Below are positions 27,794 through 36,946 of a stretch of 64,000 nucleotides of DNA, piece after piece. Positions within the stretch are counted from its first letter, which is position 1; each line of letters opens with the position of its first letter. The translations under genes were made by a program, and so were the position numbers. The notes under the pieces are model-generated. The model searched no databases, was not told the origin of the DNA, and was given only the letters and a program-made list of their open reading frames with translations. This stretch comes from an uncultured Candidatus Saccharibacteria bacterium (GTDB lineage: Bacteria; Patescibacteriota; Minisyncoccia; Phycocordibacterales; UBA9973), in the NCBI GenBank assembly GCA_964563715.1, contig CAZLXA010000001.1:33613-97612 (forward strand), in the 5' to 3' direction.

Positions 27794-27935
27794 ACATAAA
27801 TCTCTAAACAATCCTTTGAGAGCATACACTTACAAAGTAATATATGATTACAGGATAGACCCAGAAAATTAAAAATCACCAAGTCGTCCTACGCACATAT
27901 ATAGAGCACGGGGCCGATTGCTTAGAGATTTATGT
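27794..27935 (-). ncRNA. Candidate 6S-like rod-shaped RNA
   Basis: 20-bp closing stem, central bubble and apical stem; mismatches resolve as G.U on the - strand; hairpin at 27750-27786 follows. Confidence 0.5.
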
Positions 27936-27949
27936 CCTCTTAATTAAAC

Positions 27950-27976
27950 CCCTACACCAAACTATTTAGTGTGCGG
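27950..27976. repeat. Degenerate minimal CCCCACACC-family element
   Basis: TTAAAC-CCCTACACC...AGTGTGCGG-GTAAAA. Confidence 0.4.
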
Positions 27977-28038
27977 GTAAAATGCTATAATAAAAACATA
28001 TCAAACGTATAAAAAGAGTATATCATGCTTCAAAAATA

Positions 28039-29034
28039 ATGTCAAGCCCAAATAAAACAATTAAAGACGAGGGGTTTTTAGACCAAACTCTAAGACCAGA
28101 GGTCTGGTCAGAGTATATTGGCCAAGAAAATATTAAAGCAAATCTAAAAATTCTTCTAACCGCCGCCGAAGAACGATCTCACCCGGCTGAACATATTCTT
28201 TTTTATGGTCCACCAGGACTCGGCAAAACAACACTTGCTCATTTGATTGCCAAAGAAACTAGGCGCCAAATAAAAATTACTTCCGGACCAGCAATTGAAA
28301 AAGTTGGAGACCTTGCTTCGATTCTAACTAATCTTGCTCCAGGTGATATTGTTTTCATTGATGAAATTCATCGCTTAAATAAAATGGTGGAAGAAATTTT
28401 ATATCCAGCTATGGAATCTGGTGTTCTTGATATTATTATTGGTAAAGGCCCATCAGCGAGAACGATTCAACTTGAGCTGCCACCTTTTACTTTGATTGCG
28501 GCAACAACTCGAATTGCACTCCTTTCCTCTCCCCTTCGTTCCCGATTCTCAGGTGGAGTTTTTCGTTTAGAATTTTATAGTCATGATGAAATTAAAAAAA
28601 TTCTTTCTCGTTCAGCTAAAATTTTAGGCGTAGAATTAGATAATGAAGCACTCGATGAAATATCCAAAAGAGCTCGTTTTACTCCTCGAACAGCCAATTA
28701 TTTTTTGAAACGCTGTCGTGATTACGCCCAAGTAAACAAAACCCCTCTATCAAAAGAGTCAGTCAAAAAAGCTTTAGCTTTACTTGAAATCGACGAGCTT
28801 GGTTTATCATCATCAGACAGAAGAATTTTAGATATTATTATTTCAAAATTCGGTGGTGGCCCTGTTGGTTTAAAAACCATAGCGGCTGCTACAAGTGAAG
28901 AAGAAGCCACAATTGAAGAAGTGGTTGAACCATATTTAATTCAACTTGGTTTACTTGACCGTACCACTAGAGGACGCGTTGTAACAAAAAAGGGTTATGA
29001 GCATTTGGGGTATGATAAAATAATTACGAATTAA
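28039..29034 (+). CDS. ruvB: Holliday junction branch migration helicase RuvB
   Basis: LRP, GPPGLGKTTLA, FIDEIHRL, PLRSRF and EPYL. Confidence 0.98.
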   Translation: MSSPNKTIKDEGFLDQTLRPEVWSEYIGQENIKANLKILLTAAEERSHPAEHILFYGPPGLGKTTLAHLIAKETRRQIKITSGPAIEKVGDLASILTNLAPGDIVFIDEIHRLNKMVEEILYPAMESGVLDIIIGKGPSARTIQLELPPFTLIAATTRIALLSSPLRSRFSGGVFRLEFYSHDEIKKILSRSAKILGVELDNEALDEISKRARFTPRTANYFLKRCRDYAQVNKTPLSKESVKKALALLEIDELGLSSSDRRILDIIISKFGGGPVGLKTIAAATSEEEATIEEVVEPYLIQLGLLDRTTRGRVVTKKGYEHLGYDKIITN

Positions 29035-29053
29035 TAATTACGAATTACGAATG
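29021..29053 (+). repeat. AATTACG heptamer array at the ruvB/ruvC junction
   Basis: TAATTACGAATTAATAATTACGAATTACGAATG, identical to the reverse complement of 46605-46637. Confidence 0.85.
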
Positions 29054-29536
29054 AAAATACTCGCAATTGATCCAGGATTTGAAAGAGTTGGAATAGCAAT
29101 TATTGAAAAAACAAATCTGAATAAAGATATTCTTGTTTATTCGAATTGTTTTAAAACAAAAGCCAATATTATTTTCCCAGAAAGGTTAAAAAATATCGGC
29201 CTGGAATTAGAAAATATTATTAAAAAATATAAACCCAAAGCTCTGGCGATTGAAAAACTTTATTTTACGACCAACCAAAAAACTGTTATGGGTGTTTCCG
29301 AAGCTCGTGGGGTTATGGTCTACATTGCGGCTAAAAATAATCTAGCAGTTTATGAATACACTCCCCCACAAATAAAAGTGGCAGTCACTGGCTACGGTAA
29401 AGCAAGTAAAGAAAATGTTATGTCTATGGTTCCAAAACTAATTGATATTAAGACTAAAATAAGTTCCGATGATGAGTTGGATGCTATTGCTATAGGATTG
29501 ACATGCCTTGCGTGTGAGAAGTTTTCCACAGCCTAA
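29051..29536 (+). CDS. ruvC: Crossover junction endodeoxyribonuclease RuvC
   Basis: ILAIDPG, AIEKLYF, EARG, YTP.QIK.AVTGYGKA.K and DDELDAIAI. Confidence 0.96.
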   Translation: MKILAIDPGFERVGIAIIEKTNLNKDILVYSNCFKTKANIIFPERLKNIGLELENIIKKYKPKALAIEKLYFTTNQKTVMGVSEARGVMVYIAAKNNLAVYEYTPPQIKVAVTGYGKASKENVMSMVPKLIDIKTKISSDDELDAIAIGLTCLACEKFSTA

Positions 29537-29599
29537 AAACTCTTGCAAAGAAAATAATATTTTGATACAAATAATGCATTATAAATTATCATGTTTATT

Positions 29600-29779
29600 A
29601 TGAGCTATATTGATGACGAAGAATTAAAAATTGATATCGATGAGGAAGAAGATGAAGACCTTCCTGAAGATATTAGTGACGAAGAAGATTTAAATGGATT
29701 GTTGGATGACGATTTGTTAGACGACGATCTAATTGATGATGATGATTTAAAAATAGTTGATGACACTATAGATGAATAA
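29600..29779 (+). CDS. Small extremely acidic protein
   Basis: Over half of residues are D/E; followed by a terminator hairpin. Confidence 0.65.
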   Translation: MSYIDDEELKIDIDEEEDEDLPEDISDEEDLNGLLDDDLLDDDLIDDDDLKIVDDTIDE

Positions 29780-29812
29780 AAAAATCCTCCGATATACTCG
29801 GAGGATTTTTTT
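29779..29812. terminator. Bidirectional terminator between the acidic ORF and tyrS
   Basis: AAAAAATCCTCCGA TATAC TCGGAGGATTTTTT. Confidence 0.75.
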
Positions 29813-29821
29813 ATTTTATAT

Positions 29822-31027
29822 TTATCTAGTTTTTATCTTGCAAAACCTTTTTTTACCAATTCTATAAACCCCATTTTCGGCCACCTCATCATGTTTTGAT
29901 ATTTTTTTATTATTATCTAAATTAGTTATTGCTCCGCTCTCAACTAACCTACGAAAATCAGTCTTGGAAGAAATTATTTTATTAGTTAAAAACAAATCAA
30001 CTAGTAAGTCTCCTTTTTTAGCATCAATGTTTAAAACATCTGTCGGGTTTTCCTTTTTTTGAAATGTATTTATAAAACTTTCCTCAGCAATACTTGCTTG
30101 TTTGACCCCATGAATAATTTTAACAATTTCTTTGGCCACAGTTTTCTTGGCTTCAAGTGGATTTTTCTTAGCTAAAATATCATCAATTTCTTTAAGTGGT
30201 AATTTTGTACAATTAACAAACAACACCTTTATCATTTCGTCGGGTTGAGCCATAATTCCCCCATACATTTCTGAGGGTGTAGTATTTAAAAATATTCCTG
30301 TCCCTCGACTCTTTGACATCAATTCCCCGGTCTTTGGGTTTTCCATCAAGTTCACCACAGCTACAAATTTTTCTTTATTTTTTAATTTTCTTAAAAGCGT
30401 CCGTCCCATAAGGGCATTAAATATTTGGTCGGTTCCACAAAGTTCAACATCAACTTCCATCGCGACAGAATCGTAACCTTGCATAAGTGGATATAAAAAT
30501 TCATGAAGAAAAATATGTTTACCCTCTTTAATTCTTTTTTGAAACATATCTCTTTCAATCATTTGAGAAACGGTAATATTTGAAGCCAATTCTAAAACAC
30601 TTTCCATATTCATTTTTGCCAACCACTTACTATTGAAAAGAATTTTTGGTGGATTAACTTTGTCATTAAAGTTCATCAAATTTTTTATTTGCTTCTGCCA
30701 ATCTTTAATATTTTGTAAAACTTCTTTTTTGGTTAATGTGGCGCGGGTACCCTGTTGGCCGGAAGGGTCACCAATTCGAGCAGTGAAGTCACCAAAAAGT
30801 AAAATAACTTCATGACCAAGCATTCGAATTTCTTCGAGTAACATTATATTCTTAGCATGACTTAAATGAAGGGTGTTCGCGGTGGCGTCAAATCCTTGAT
30901 AAATTCTTATTCTCTTGCCAGAAGTTAAGAGTTTTTTTAATTCTTCTTTTGTTGGTAAAGCATTGATTATAATTCCACGATTTAATAAATCGTCAATTTT
31001 TTTCTCATCTGTTACTATTTTACTCAT
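29822..31027 (-). CDS. tyrS: Tyrosine--tRNA ligase
   Basis: GFDAT...LHLSH (HIGH variant), IGDPSG, YPLMQGYD, GTDQ, LMSKS. Confidence 0.95.
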   Translation of the reverse strand: MSKIVTDEKKIDDLLNRGIIINALPTKEELKKLLTSGKRIRIYQGFDATANTLHLSHAKNIMLLEEIRMLGHEVILLFGDFTARIGDPSGQQGTRATLTKKEVLQNIKDWQKQIKNLMNFNDKVNPPKILFNSKWLAKMNMESVLELASNITVSQMIERDMFQKRIKEGKHIFLHEFLYPLMQGYDSVAMEVDVELCGTDQIFNALMGRTLLRKLKNKEKFVAVVNLMENPKTGELMSKSRGTGIFLNTTPSEMYGGIMAQPDEMIKVLFVNCTKLPLKEIDDILAKKNPLEAKKTVAKEIVKIIHGVKQASIAEESFINTFQKKENPTDVLNIDAKKGDLLVDLFLTNKIISSKTDFRRLVESGAITNLDNNKKISKHDEVAENGVYRIGKKRFCKIKTR

Positions 31028-31085
31028 ATTCTATACTTTACCATAAAAGTATCATTAAAAGAATATAATGTGTTATTATATATGT

Positions 31086-33578
31086 ATGCGAAAACTAAAA
31101 AAACCTTCATTAAAGAACCTTATTTTAATAATTATCGGCCTTGGCCTTTTATTTACTAGTCTAATAGTCATTTGGATTAGTACTTTACGACTACCTGACT
31201 TTAAGTCATTTACTGACCGTAAAATACAGAGTTCGACTAAAATATACGACCGAACCGGTGAGATTCTCCTTTACGATGTTCATGCTGATATAAAAAGAAC
31301 AATTATTCCTTATGAAGAAATAGGAACAAATATTTTAAATGCCACTGTGGCTATTGAAGATTCAGAATTTTATCAACACCATGGTATTAGACTTAAATCA
31401 ATCATCCGAGCTACTTTTTGGGCAAAATTAACTGGTAAAAAATTGCAGGGTGGTTCAACTATTACTCAACAATTAATTAAAAATACTCTTCTGACGCCTG
31501 AGGTTTCTATTTCGCGTAAAATGAAAGAGTGGATATTGGCAGTCAAACTTGAAAAAATTATGAGTAAAGATGATATTTTGGCTCTTTATTTAAATGAGGC
31601 TCCTTATGGAGGAAATATTTATGGAGTTGAAGAAGCCAGTAAAGCTTTCTTTGGTAAAAAACCAAAAGATGCGACTCTAGCCGAAGCCGCTTACCTTGCT
31701 TCTATTCCTAATGGTCCAACATACTATTCTCCTTATCGAAAAAATAAAGATAAATTGGATGAAAGAAAAAATATTGTCTTAAAGAGAATGCTTGATTTAG
31801 GATTTATCACTGAGAGCGAACACTTAAAAGCAAAAAGTGAAGTGGTGGCCTTTTTACCCGAACAACCAATGCATATAGCGGCTCCTCATTTTGTTTTTTT
31901 TATAAAAGAATATTTAGAAAATCGTTATGGAGCTGATACTCTTGAGGGTGGGGGTCTAAAAATAATTACAACTCTCGATTACGAATTACAAAAAAAGGCG
32001 GAGGAAATAACTTTAAAAAATGCTCTTGAAAATGAAAAAAGTTGGAATGGTAAAAATGCTTCTGTCGTAGTCCTTGATCCCAAAAATGGTCAAATCTTAT
32101 CAATGGTTGGATCCCGAGATTATTTTGATAAAACGATAGATGGAAATTTCAATGTTGCGACGGCTGGACGACAGCCAGGGTCTTCTTTCAAGCCAATAGT
32201 GTATGCTCTTGCTTTCGAAAAAGGTTATACTGAAAAAACTGTTTTATTTGATGTAAAAACTGAATTTAACGCTTCTTGTAATCCAAACGGTCTTTCAAAC
32301 GATAGTAAATGCTATAGTCCAGATAATTATGATAATGCTTTCAGGGGGCCACTATCACTTCGTGATGGGCTCGCACAATCTATAAACATCATAGCGGTTA
32401 AACTTTTGTATTTAGTTGGTATTTCCGATTCGATTAAAATGGCAAGGAACTTGGGAATCACAACTCTTTTAAATGACCCAAATCGTTATGGGTTGACTCT
32501 AGTAATCGGAGGAGGAGAAACAACTTTACTTGATATGACTTCTGTTTATGGAGTCTTTGCTAATCGTGGGATAAGAAATCAATATACTGGCATATTGTCG
32601 GTTGAAGATGGAGTTGGAAATATTCTTGAAAAATTTGAAGAGGCTCCTCAACAAATTCTAAAACCAAATACGACAAATATTCTTTCTAGTATTTTATCTG
32701 ACAATGAGGCTCGAACCCCAACTTTTGGGGCCAACTCCGTGCTTAAAATACCTGGCCGGGAGGTAGCAGTAAAAACTGGTACCACAAACAACAATAAAGA
32801 TGCTTGGACGATTGGATATACGCCCTCTATAGCAGTGGGGGTCTGGGTTGGGAACAATGATAACATTCCGATGAAAAAAGGTGGGGCGGCGCTTGCTGGG
32901 CCCATTTGGAACGGGGTTATGACTGAAGCACTAAAGACAACACCTGCTGAATTTTTTGAAAAACCCGAACCTATCGACGAAACTCTTCCTCCACTTATTC
33001 GTGGACTCTGGCAAGGTGGAGAAACTTTTAGTATTGATACCGTCTCAGGAGGGTTAGCCACTGAATTTACTCCTTCTGAATTAAAAAAAGAAATATCAAT
33101 TACCAATGTTCACTCGATTTTATACTGGATTGATAAAAATAATCCATTAACACTAAAAACAACAAACTCAAATAGTGACTCACAATTTGAAAATTGGGAA
33201 TATGGAGTAAAAAAATGGTGGGAAGCCAATAAATATAAATACCCAATTATAACTTCGGCTAATAAACCAAGTTATTATGATAATGTTCATACTGAATCAT
33301 CAAAGCCAGTTTTTAATATTACTGGTATGAAAAATACGCCTTATCAAAAAAATGAAAACATAACTATTCTAATTAATCCAACAAGTCAAAATGTTATTAA
33401 AAAAATAGATGTTTTTATTAACAGTAAATACATAACCTCTTTAAAGACTTATCCATTTTCTACTTCTATCAGTTTAAAAAATGTTGAGGATTTGAATAGT
33501 GAAAATATTATAAGAATTATTGGAACCGATGTTTGGGGAAATATTGGTGAACAAACAATTCCTTTTAGTACTATTTAA
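31086..33578 (+). CDS. Class A penicillin-binding protein (transglycosylase/transpeptidase)
   Basis: EDSEF..H.G, GGSTITQQ, RKMKE, SSFK, SIN and KTGT motifs. Confidence 0.93.
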   Translation: MRKLKKPSLKNLILIIIGLGLLFTSLIVIWISTLRLPDFKSFTDRKIQSSTKIYDRTGEILLYDVHADIKRTIIPYEEIGTNILNATVAIEDSEFYQHHGIRLKSIIRATFWAKLTGKKLQGGSTITQQLIKNTLLTPEVSISRKMKEWILAVKLEKIMSKDDILALYLNEAPYGGNIYGVEEASKAFFGKKPKDATLAEAAYLASIPNGPTYYSPYRKNKDKLDERKNIVLKRMLDLGFITESEHLKAKSEVVAFLPEQPMHIAAPHFVFFIKEYLENRYGADTLEGGGLKIITTLDYELQKKAEEITLKNALENEKSWNGKNASVVVLDPKNGQILSMVGSRDYFDKTIDGNFNVATAGRQPGSSFKPIVYALAFEKGYTEKTVLFDVKTEFNASCNPNGLSNDSKCYSPDNYDNAFRGPLSLRDGLAQSINIIAVKLLYLVGISDSIKMARNLGITTLLNDPNRYGLTLVIGGGETTLLDMTSVYGVFANRGIRNQYTGILSVEDGVGNILEKFEEAPQQILKPNTTNILSSILSDNEARTPTFGANSVLKIPGREVAVKTGTTNNNKDAWTIGYTPSIAVGVWVGNNDNIPMKKGGAALAGPIWNGVMTEALKTTPAEFFEKPEPIDETLPPLIRGLWQGGETFSIDTVSGGLATEFTPSELKKEISITNVHSILYWIDKNNPLTLKTTNSNSDSQFENWEYGVKKWWEANKYKYPIITSANKPSYYDNVHTESSKPVFNITGMKNTPYQKNENITILINPTSQNVIKKIDVFINSKYITSLKTYPFSTSISLKNVEDLNSENIIRIIGTDVWGNIGEQTIPFSTI

Positions 33579-33834
33579 TATCTAAAAAAATATTGTCGGG
33601 AGAAATAATTTTTAATTTATTTAAAATATTGTTTTTGTGCATCATAATCTCGCTACGAAACATTGGAGACCCGGATATATATATAATACCGTTTTTTATT
33701 TTTATTGAATCTTTCGCAACTGGATGATGAATTTCACCGGAAATTATTTCTACAATAATTTCTTTTATTACTTCTTTTTGATAAATTAATTTTTTAAATT
33801 TATCTAGAAAATTTGTAATATGATTATAATCCAT
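33571..33834 (-). CDS. Hypothetical protein downstream of dnaN (possibly DciA/DUF721-like)
   Basis: 87-aa ORF co-oriented after dnaN; IKNGIIYI...RSEI...K..IL pattern; family call is tentative. Confidence 0.55.
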   Translation of the reverse strand: MDYNHITNFLDKFKKLIYQKEVIKEIIVEIISGEIHHPVAKDSIKIKNGIIYISGSPMFRSEIMMHKNNILNKLKIISPDNIFLDIK

Positions 33835-33843
33835 GTTTTTTTG

Positions 33844-33882
33844 AATTATAATTATTAATTCGTAATTATTAATTCGTAATTA
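33844..33882 (-). repeat. AATTACG/AATTAAT heptamer array after the dnaN stop
   Basis: On the - strand TAATTACGAATTAATAATTACGAATTAATAATTAT. Confidence 0.8.
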
Positions 33883-33885
33883 TTT

Positions 33886-34983
33886 TTACCTATTCATTGG
33901 CATGACCAAATACATAAAAGATGAGTCTCCAATTCCTTTTATAATCATTGGCCGGTTGTTGCCATTTAACTCAATACTTAAACTATCACCAGAAATAGAC
34001 TGAAAACAATCTAAAATATATTTATAATTAAAATTTGCAGAAACTGGTTCTCCAGATAAAGCGCCCGAAATAAGGGTAGTATTCTCTCCAATATCTGTAT
34101 TTTTTGATTCTATTTCGAATATTTTTTCATTAGGTTTAACAGTCAAAACCACTTGATTAAACTTATCAGAAAAAATATTTGAAATTTTCAGAGATGAAAT
34201 AAAATCTTGTTTTAAAACAACAGATTTTGTTGTTGGGTTTTTAGGAATAATTTGTTTGTAGTCAGGGAAACTCCCGTCTACAACCCTTGAAGTTAAATAA
34301 ATATTTGAAGCAGTAAATGATATTTGGTTTTTTTGAAGAGTAATATTAACGTCGTCATCAAAACCATCAAACACTTTAATTATCTCAACAACATTTTTAA
34401 AGGGAATTAATATTCCGCCAAAAGATAATTTTTGTTTTATTTTTATTTTTTTCTCAGCTAATCTGAAAGAGTCGGTTGAAACAAAAACCAACATATCGTC
34501 TTCTGGGTAAATATATACGCTTCCGATTTCAGGTTTTATTTCCGAAACAGAAGCACTATAATAAACCGATTTAACCCCTTCAATAAATTTTTTACTAGAA
34601 ATAAGTAATGTCTCCCCTTCAACAATTGGGATAGTTGGAAAATCTTCATGAGAAATACTTTTTAATAAAATAGTACTTGTATTTGTTTTAACCAATAAAT
34701 TACCATTAATCAACTCAAATTTAACCAATAAGTCTCCTTGTAAAACAGAAAACAAAGAGGATAAAATATCACCTCTCACGGCCACCACCCCTTCTTTCTC
34801 GATTTTTGCTGGTATTTCTATTTCAATACCAATATTTAAATTAGTGGCCCTTAGTTTCAATGATTTACCTGTTGCTACCCACAAAACCGAACCTAAAACA
34901 GGTAATGTTAAATTCTTTCCAGTTATCCTTTCGACTGATTGGAGTGCTTTTTTTATTTTATCGATTGAACATTCTATTTTCAT
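33886..34983 (-). CDS. dnaN: DNA polymerase III beta clamp
   Basis: LPVL, ATNL, STDSFRLAE, FPDYKQIIP, YLVMPM. Confidence 0.97.
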   Translation of the reverse strand: MKIECSIDKIKKALQSVERITGKNLTLPVLGSVLWVATGKSLKLRATNLNIGIEIEIPAKIEKEGVVAVRGDILSSLFSVLQGDLLVKFELINGNLLVKTNTSTILLKSISHEDFPTIPIVEGETLLISSKKFIEGVKSVYYSASVSEIKPEIGSVYIYPEDDMLVFVSTDSFRLAEKKIKIKQKLSFGGILIPFKNVVEIIKVFDGFDDDVNITLQKNQISFTASNIYLTSRVVDGSFPDYKQIIPKNPTTKSVVLKQDFISSLKISNIFSDKFNQVVLTVKPNEKIFEIESKNTDIGENTTLISGALSGEPVSANFNYKYILDCFQSISGDSLSIELNGNNRPMIIKGIGDSSFMYLVMPMNR

Positions 34984-35190
34984 ATATGTTATTAATTATC
35001 TTATAAATACTTATTACTACTATTAGACCTGTTAATATGTGGATTACGATATGACTCAATTAAACTAACGACATTTTTATTTTTATTTTTTAAAAATTTT
35101 ATTTATTTTGTGAATTACTTTTAATTTTTTAATAAATGATTATTTTTCCACATTTATTATTTTTATAAACATAACTTTTCCACAGGTTTA
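34984..35190. other. Probable oriC (dnaA-dnaN intergenic)
   Basis: DnaA-box-like 9-mers at 35038-35046, 35109-35117, 35144-35152 and 35176-35184; DnaA-trio-like TAATAGTAGTAATAA on the - strand (35011-35025); very AT-rich. Confidence 0.75.
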
Positions 35191-36555
35191 TTATTTAAAC
35201 ATAATTCTAATTTTTTCTATCTCTTGTAAAAGTGAAGGGTCTGTCTTTAAATCACTTTTAATTTTTAAATGAGAGTGAATGACGGTCGTATGGTCTCTAT
35301 CCCCCAGTTTTTGTCCTATTAGTGGATAAGAAATATTAAAATCTTCACGGAGTAAATACATTGCTACCTGACGAGCCTTAACTATTTCTTTTCTTCTGGT
35401 TTTCTCATAAATTACTTCTTCAGCTAGGCCGTATTGATCTGCGACAATTTTAACAATATCCTTAATTGCCACGGTCTTTTTTGGTCTAATATTATTTCTA
35501 ATTAGGGTTTTTATTTCAGCCAGGGTTAATGATTTGTTTTTTAGTTGAGATTGGCAAATAACAGTATTTAGACTACCCTCAAGTTCACGGATGTTCCCTT
35601 CTAGTGATTCAGCTAGATAAGAAACTATCTCTGGTTCAATAATACAATTTGTTGATTCAAACTTAGCTTTAATAATTGCGACCCGAGACTCATAATCTGG
35701 TTCAATAATTTGAACTGTCATCCCAGAGGCAAAACGAGACTGGAGTCTGTCTTCTAAGCCTTGAATAAAGTTTGGGTGTTTATCGGAAGAGAAAATTATT
35801 TGTTTGTTATTTTCATACAAAGTATTAAATAAATGGAATAATTCTTCTTGTGTTTTATCTTTACCGGAAATAAATTGGATATCATCCATTATGATTACAT
35901 CGTATTTTCTATATTTTTCCTTGAAAGCATTAGGGTTTTTATTTTGGATTGAATTAATATAATCAATTGTAAATCTTTCCAAGCTAACATAATAAACTTT
36001 TTTTAGTGGGTGTTTTATTTTTATAGTATTGCCTATGGCTTGGATCATGTGGGTCTTCCCTAGCCCTGTTCCCCCGTAGACAAAAAATGGATTATAGTTT
36101 TGACCGGGGTTAGTGATGATGGCTTGGGCAACAGCGTAAGCAAGTTCGTTAAAAGGCCCAACAATAAATGAATTAAAGTTATATTTTGGGTTTAAATTAT
36201 CATCTTTATTTATATATAAATCGTTTAACGGTAATTCTTTGTTGATATTAACCACAGTTTTTGGTATAGCGTTTTCATTGCCCTTATTATTTGAATCGTT
36301 TTTTAGTTCTTGTTTATGAATAATGTATTCAACATTACGAACACTTTCTTCATTTCCAATTAAAGTTTTTAGAATTAGTTTATGAAATTTATTATAAAGC
36401 CAGTCTTTGACAAATTCATTTGGAACGCCAACAATAATAATTCCAGCGTCTTCCTTTATTATGGTGGTGTTTTTAAACCAAGTAGTAAAATTAGCCTTTG
36501 AAATGCTTAGTTCGATTTCCGATAAACACTTGCTCCAGAGCTCTTTTGTATTCAT
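35191..36555 (-). CDS. dnaA: Chromosomal replication initiator DnaA
   Basis: YNPFFVYGGTGLGKTH, DDIQF, RLQSRF, NIRELEG and RDHTTVIH. Confidence 0.98.
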   Translation of the reverse strand: MNTKELWSKCLSEIELSISKANFTTWFKNTTIIKEDAGIIIVGVPNEFVKDWLYNKFHKLILKTLIGNEESVRNVEYIIHKQELKNDSNNKGNENAIPKTVVNINKELPLNDLYINKDDNLNPKYNFNSFIVGPFNELAYAVAQAIITNPGQNYNPFFVYGGTGLGKTHMIQAIGNTIKIKHPLKKVYYVSLERFTIDYINSIQNKNPNAFKEKYRKYDVIIMDDIQFISGKDKTQEELFHLFNTLYENNKQIIFSSDKHPNFIQGLEDRLQSRFASGMTVQIIEPDYESRVAIIKAKFESTNCIIEPEIVSYLAESLEGNIRELEGSLNTVICQSQLKNKSLTLAEIKTLIRNNIRPKKTVAIKDIVKIVADQYGLAEEVIYEKTRRKEIVKARQVAMYLLREDFNISYPLIGQKLGDRDHTTVIHSHLKIKSDLKTDPSLLQEIEKIRIMFK

Positions 36556-36672
36556 CCCGTTTAGAAGCAGGTTGCGGTCAATTTTGTGATTAACCTAAAC
36601 TACTTTTATTAATATAAATAATAACTTTTTATAAAAATCCTGTTAATTTTCGCGACCGCGGCTTCTAACGGG
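36556..36672 (-). mobile_element. Start-codon-abutting inverted-repeat element, copy 4 (dnaA), with ATGAAT duplication
   Basis: On the - strand ATGAAT-CCCGTTAGAAGC...GCTTCTAAACGGG-ATGAAT. Confidence 0.8.
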
Positions 36673-36804
36673 ATTCATAGTCGTTATTATACATTGTTTT
36701 TTAAAACTGCCACAATGAAATATCTTAATTAACATGTTAATATCGTGTGGATATGTTTATTACTTACCGTTGCATTTTTGTCAATTATAGTATATATTTT
36801 CAAT

Positions 36805-36945
36805 ATGTCTCAAACATATCAACCCAACAAAAGAAAAAGAGCCAAAACACACGGCTTCCTTGTCAGAACCAAAACACAAAATGGTAGAAAGGTAAATACT
36901 GCTCGCCGCCGAAAGGGCCGAGCAAATGTCTCAATTAAAAAATAA
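36805..36945 (+). CDS. rpmH: 50S ribosomal protein L34
   Basis: [21 protein letters not shown]...RRRKGR. Confidence 0.95.
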   Translation: MSQTYQPNKRKRAKTHGFLVRTKTQNGRKVNTARRRKGRANVSIKK

Positions 36946-36946
36946 C

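Noticed and set aside
30855-30875. TyrS HLSH instead of HIGH as a sign of a pseudogene
   Set aside because: The ORF is intact with all other motifs; treated as a natural variant
36745-36804. N-terminal extension of L34 in the ORF track
   Set aside because: Homology starts at MSQTYQP (36805); the upstream part is promoter DNA
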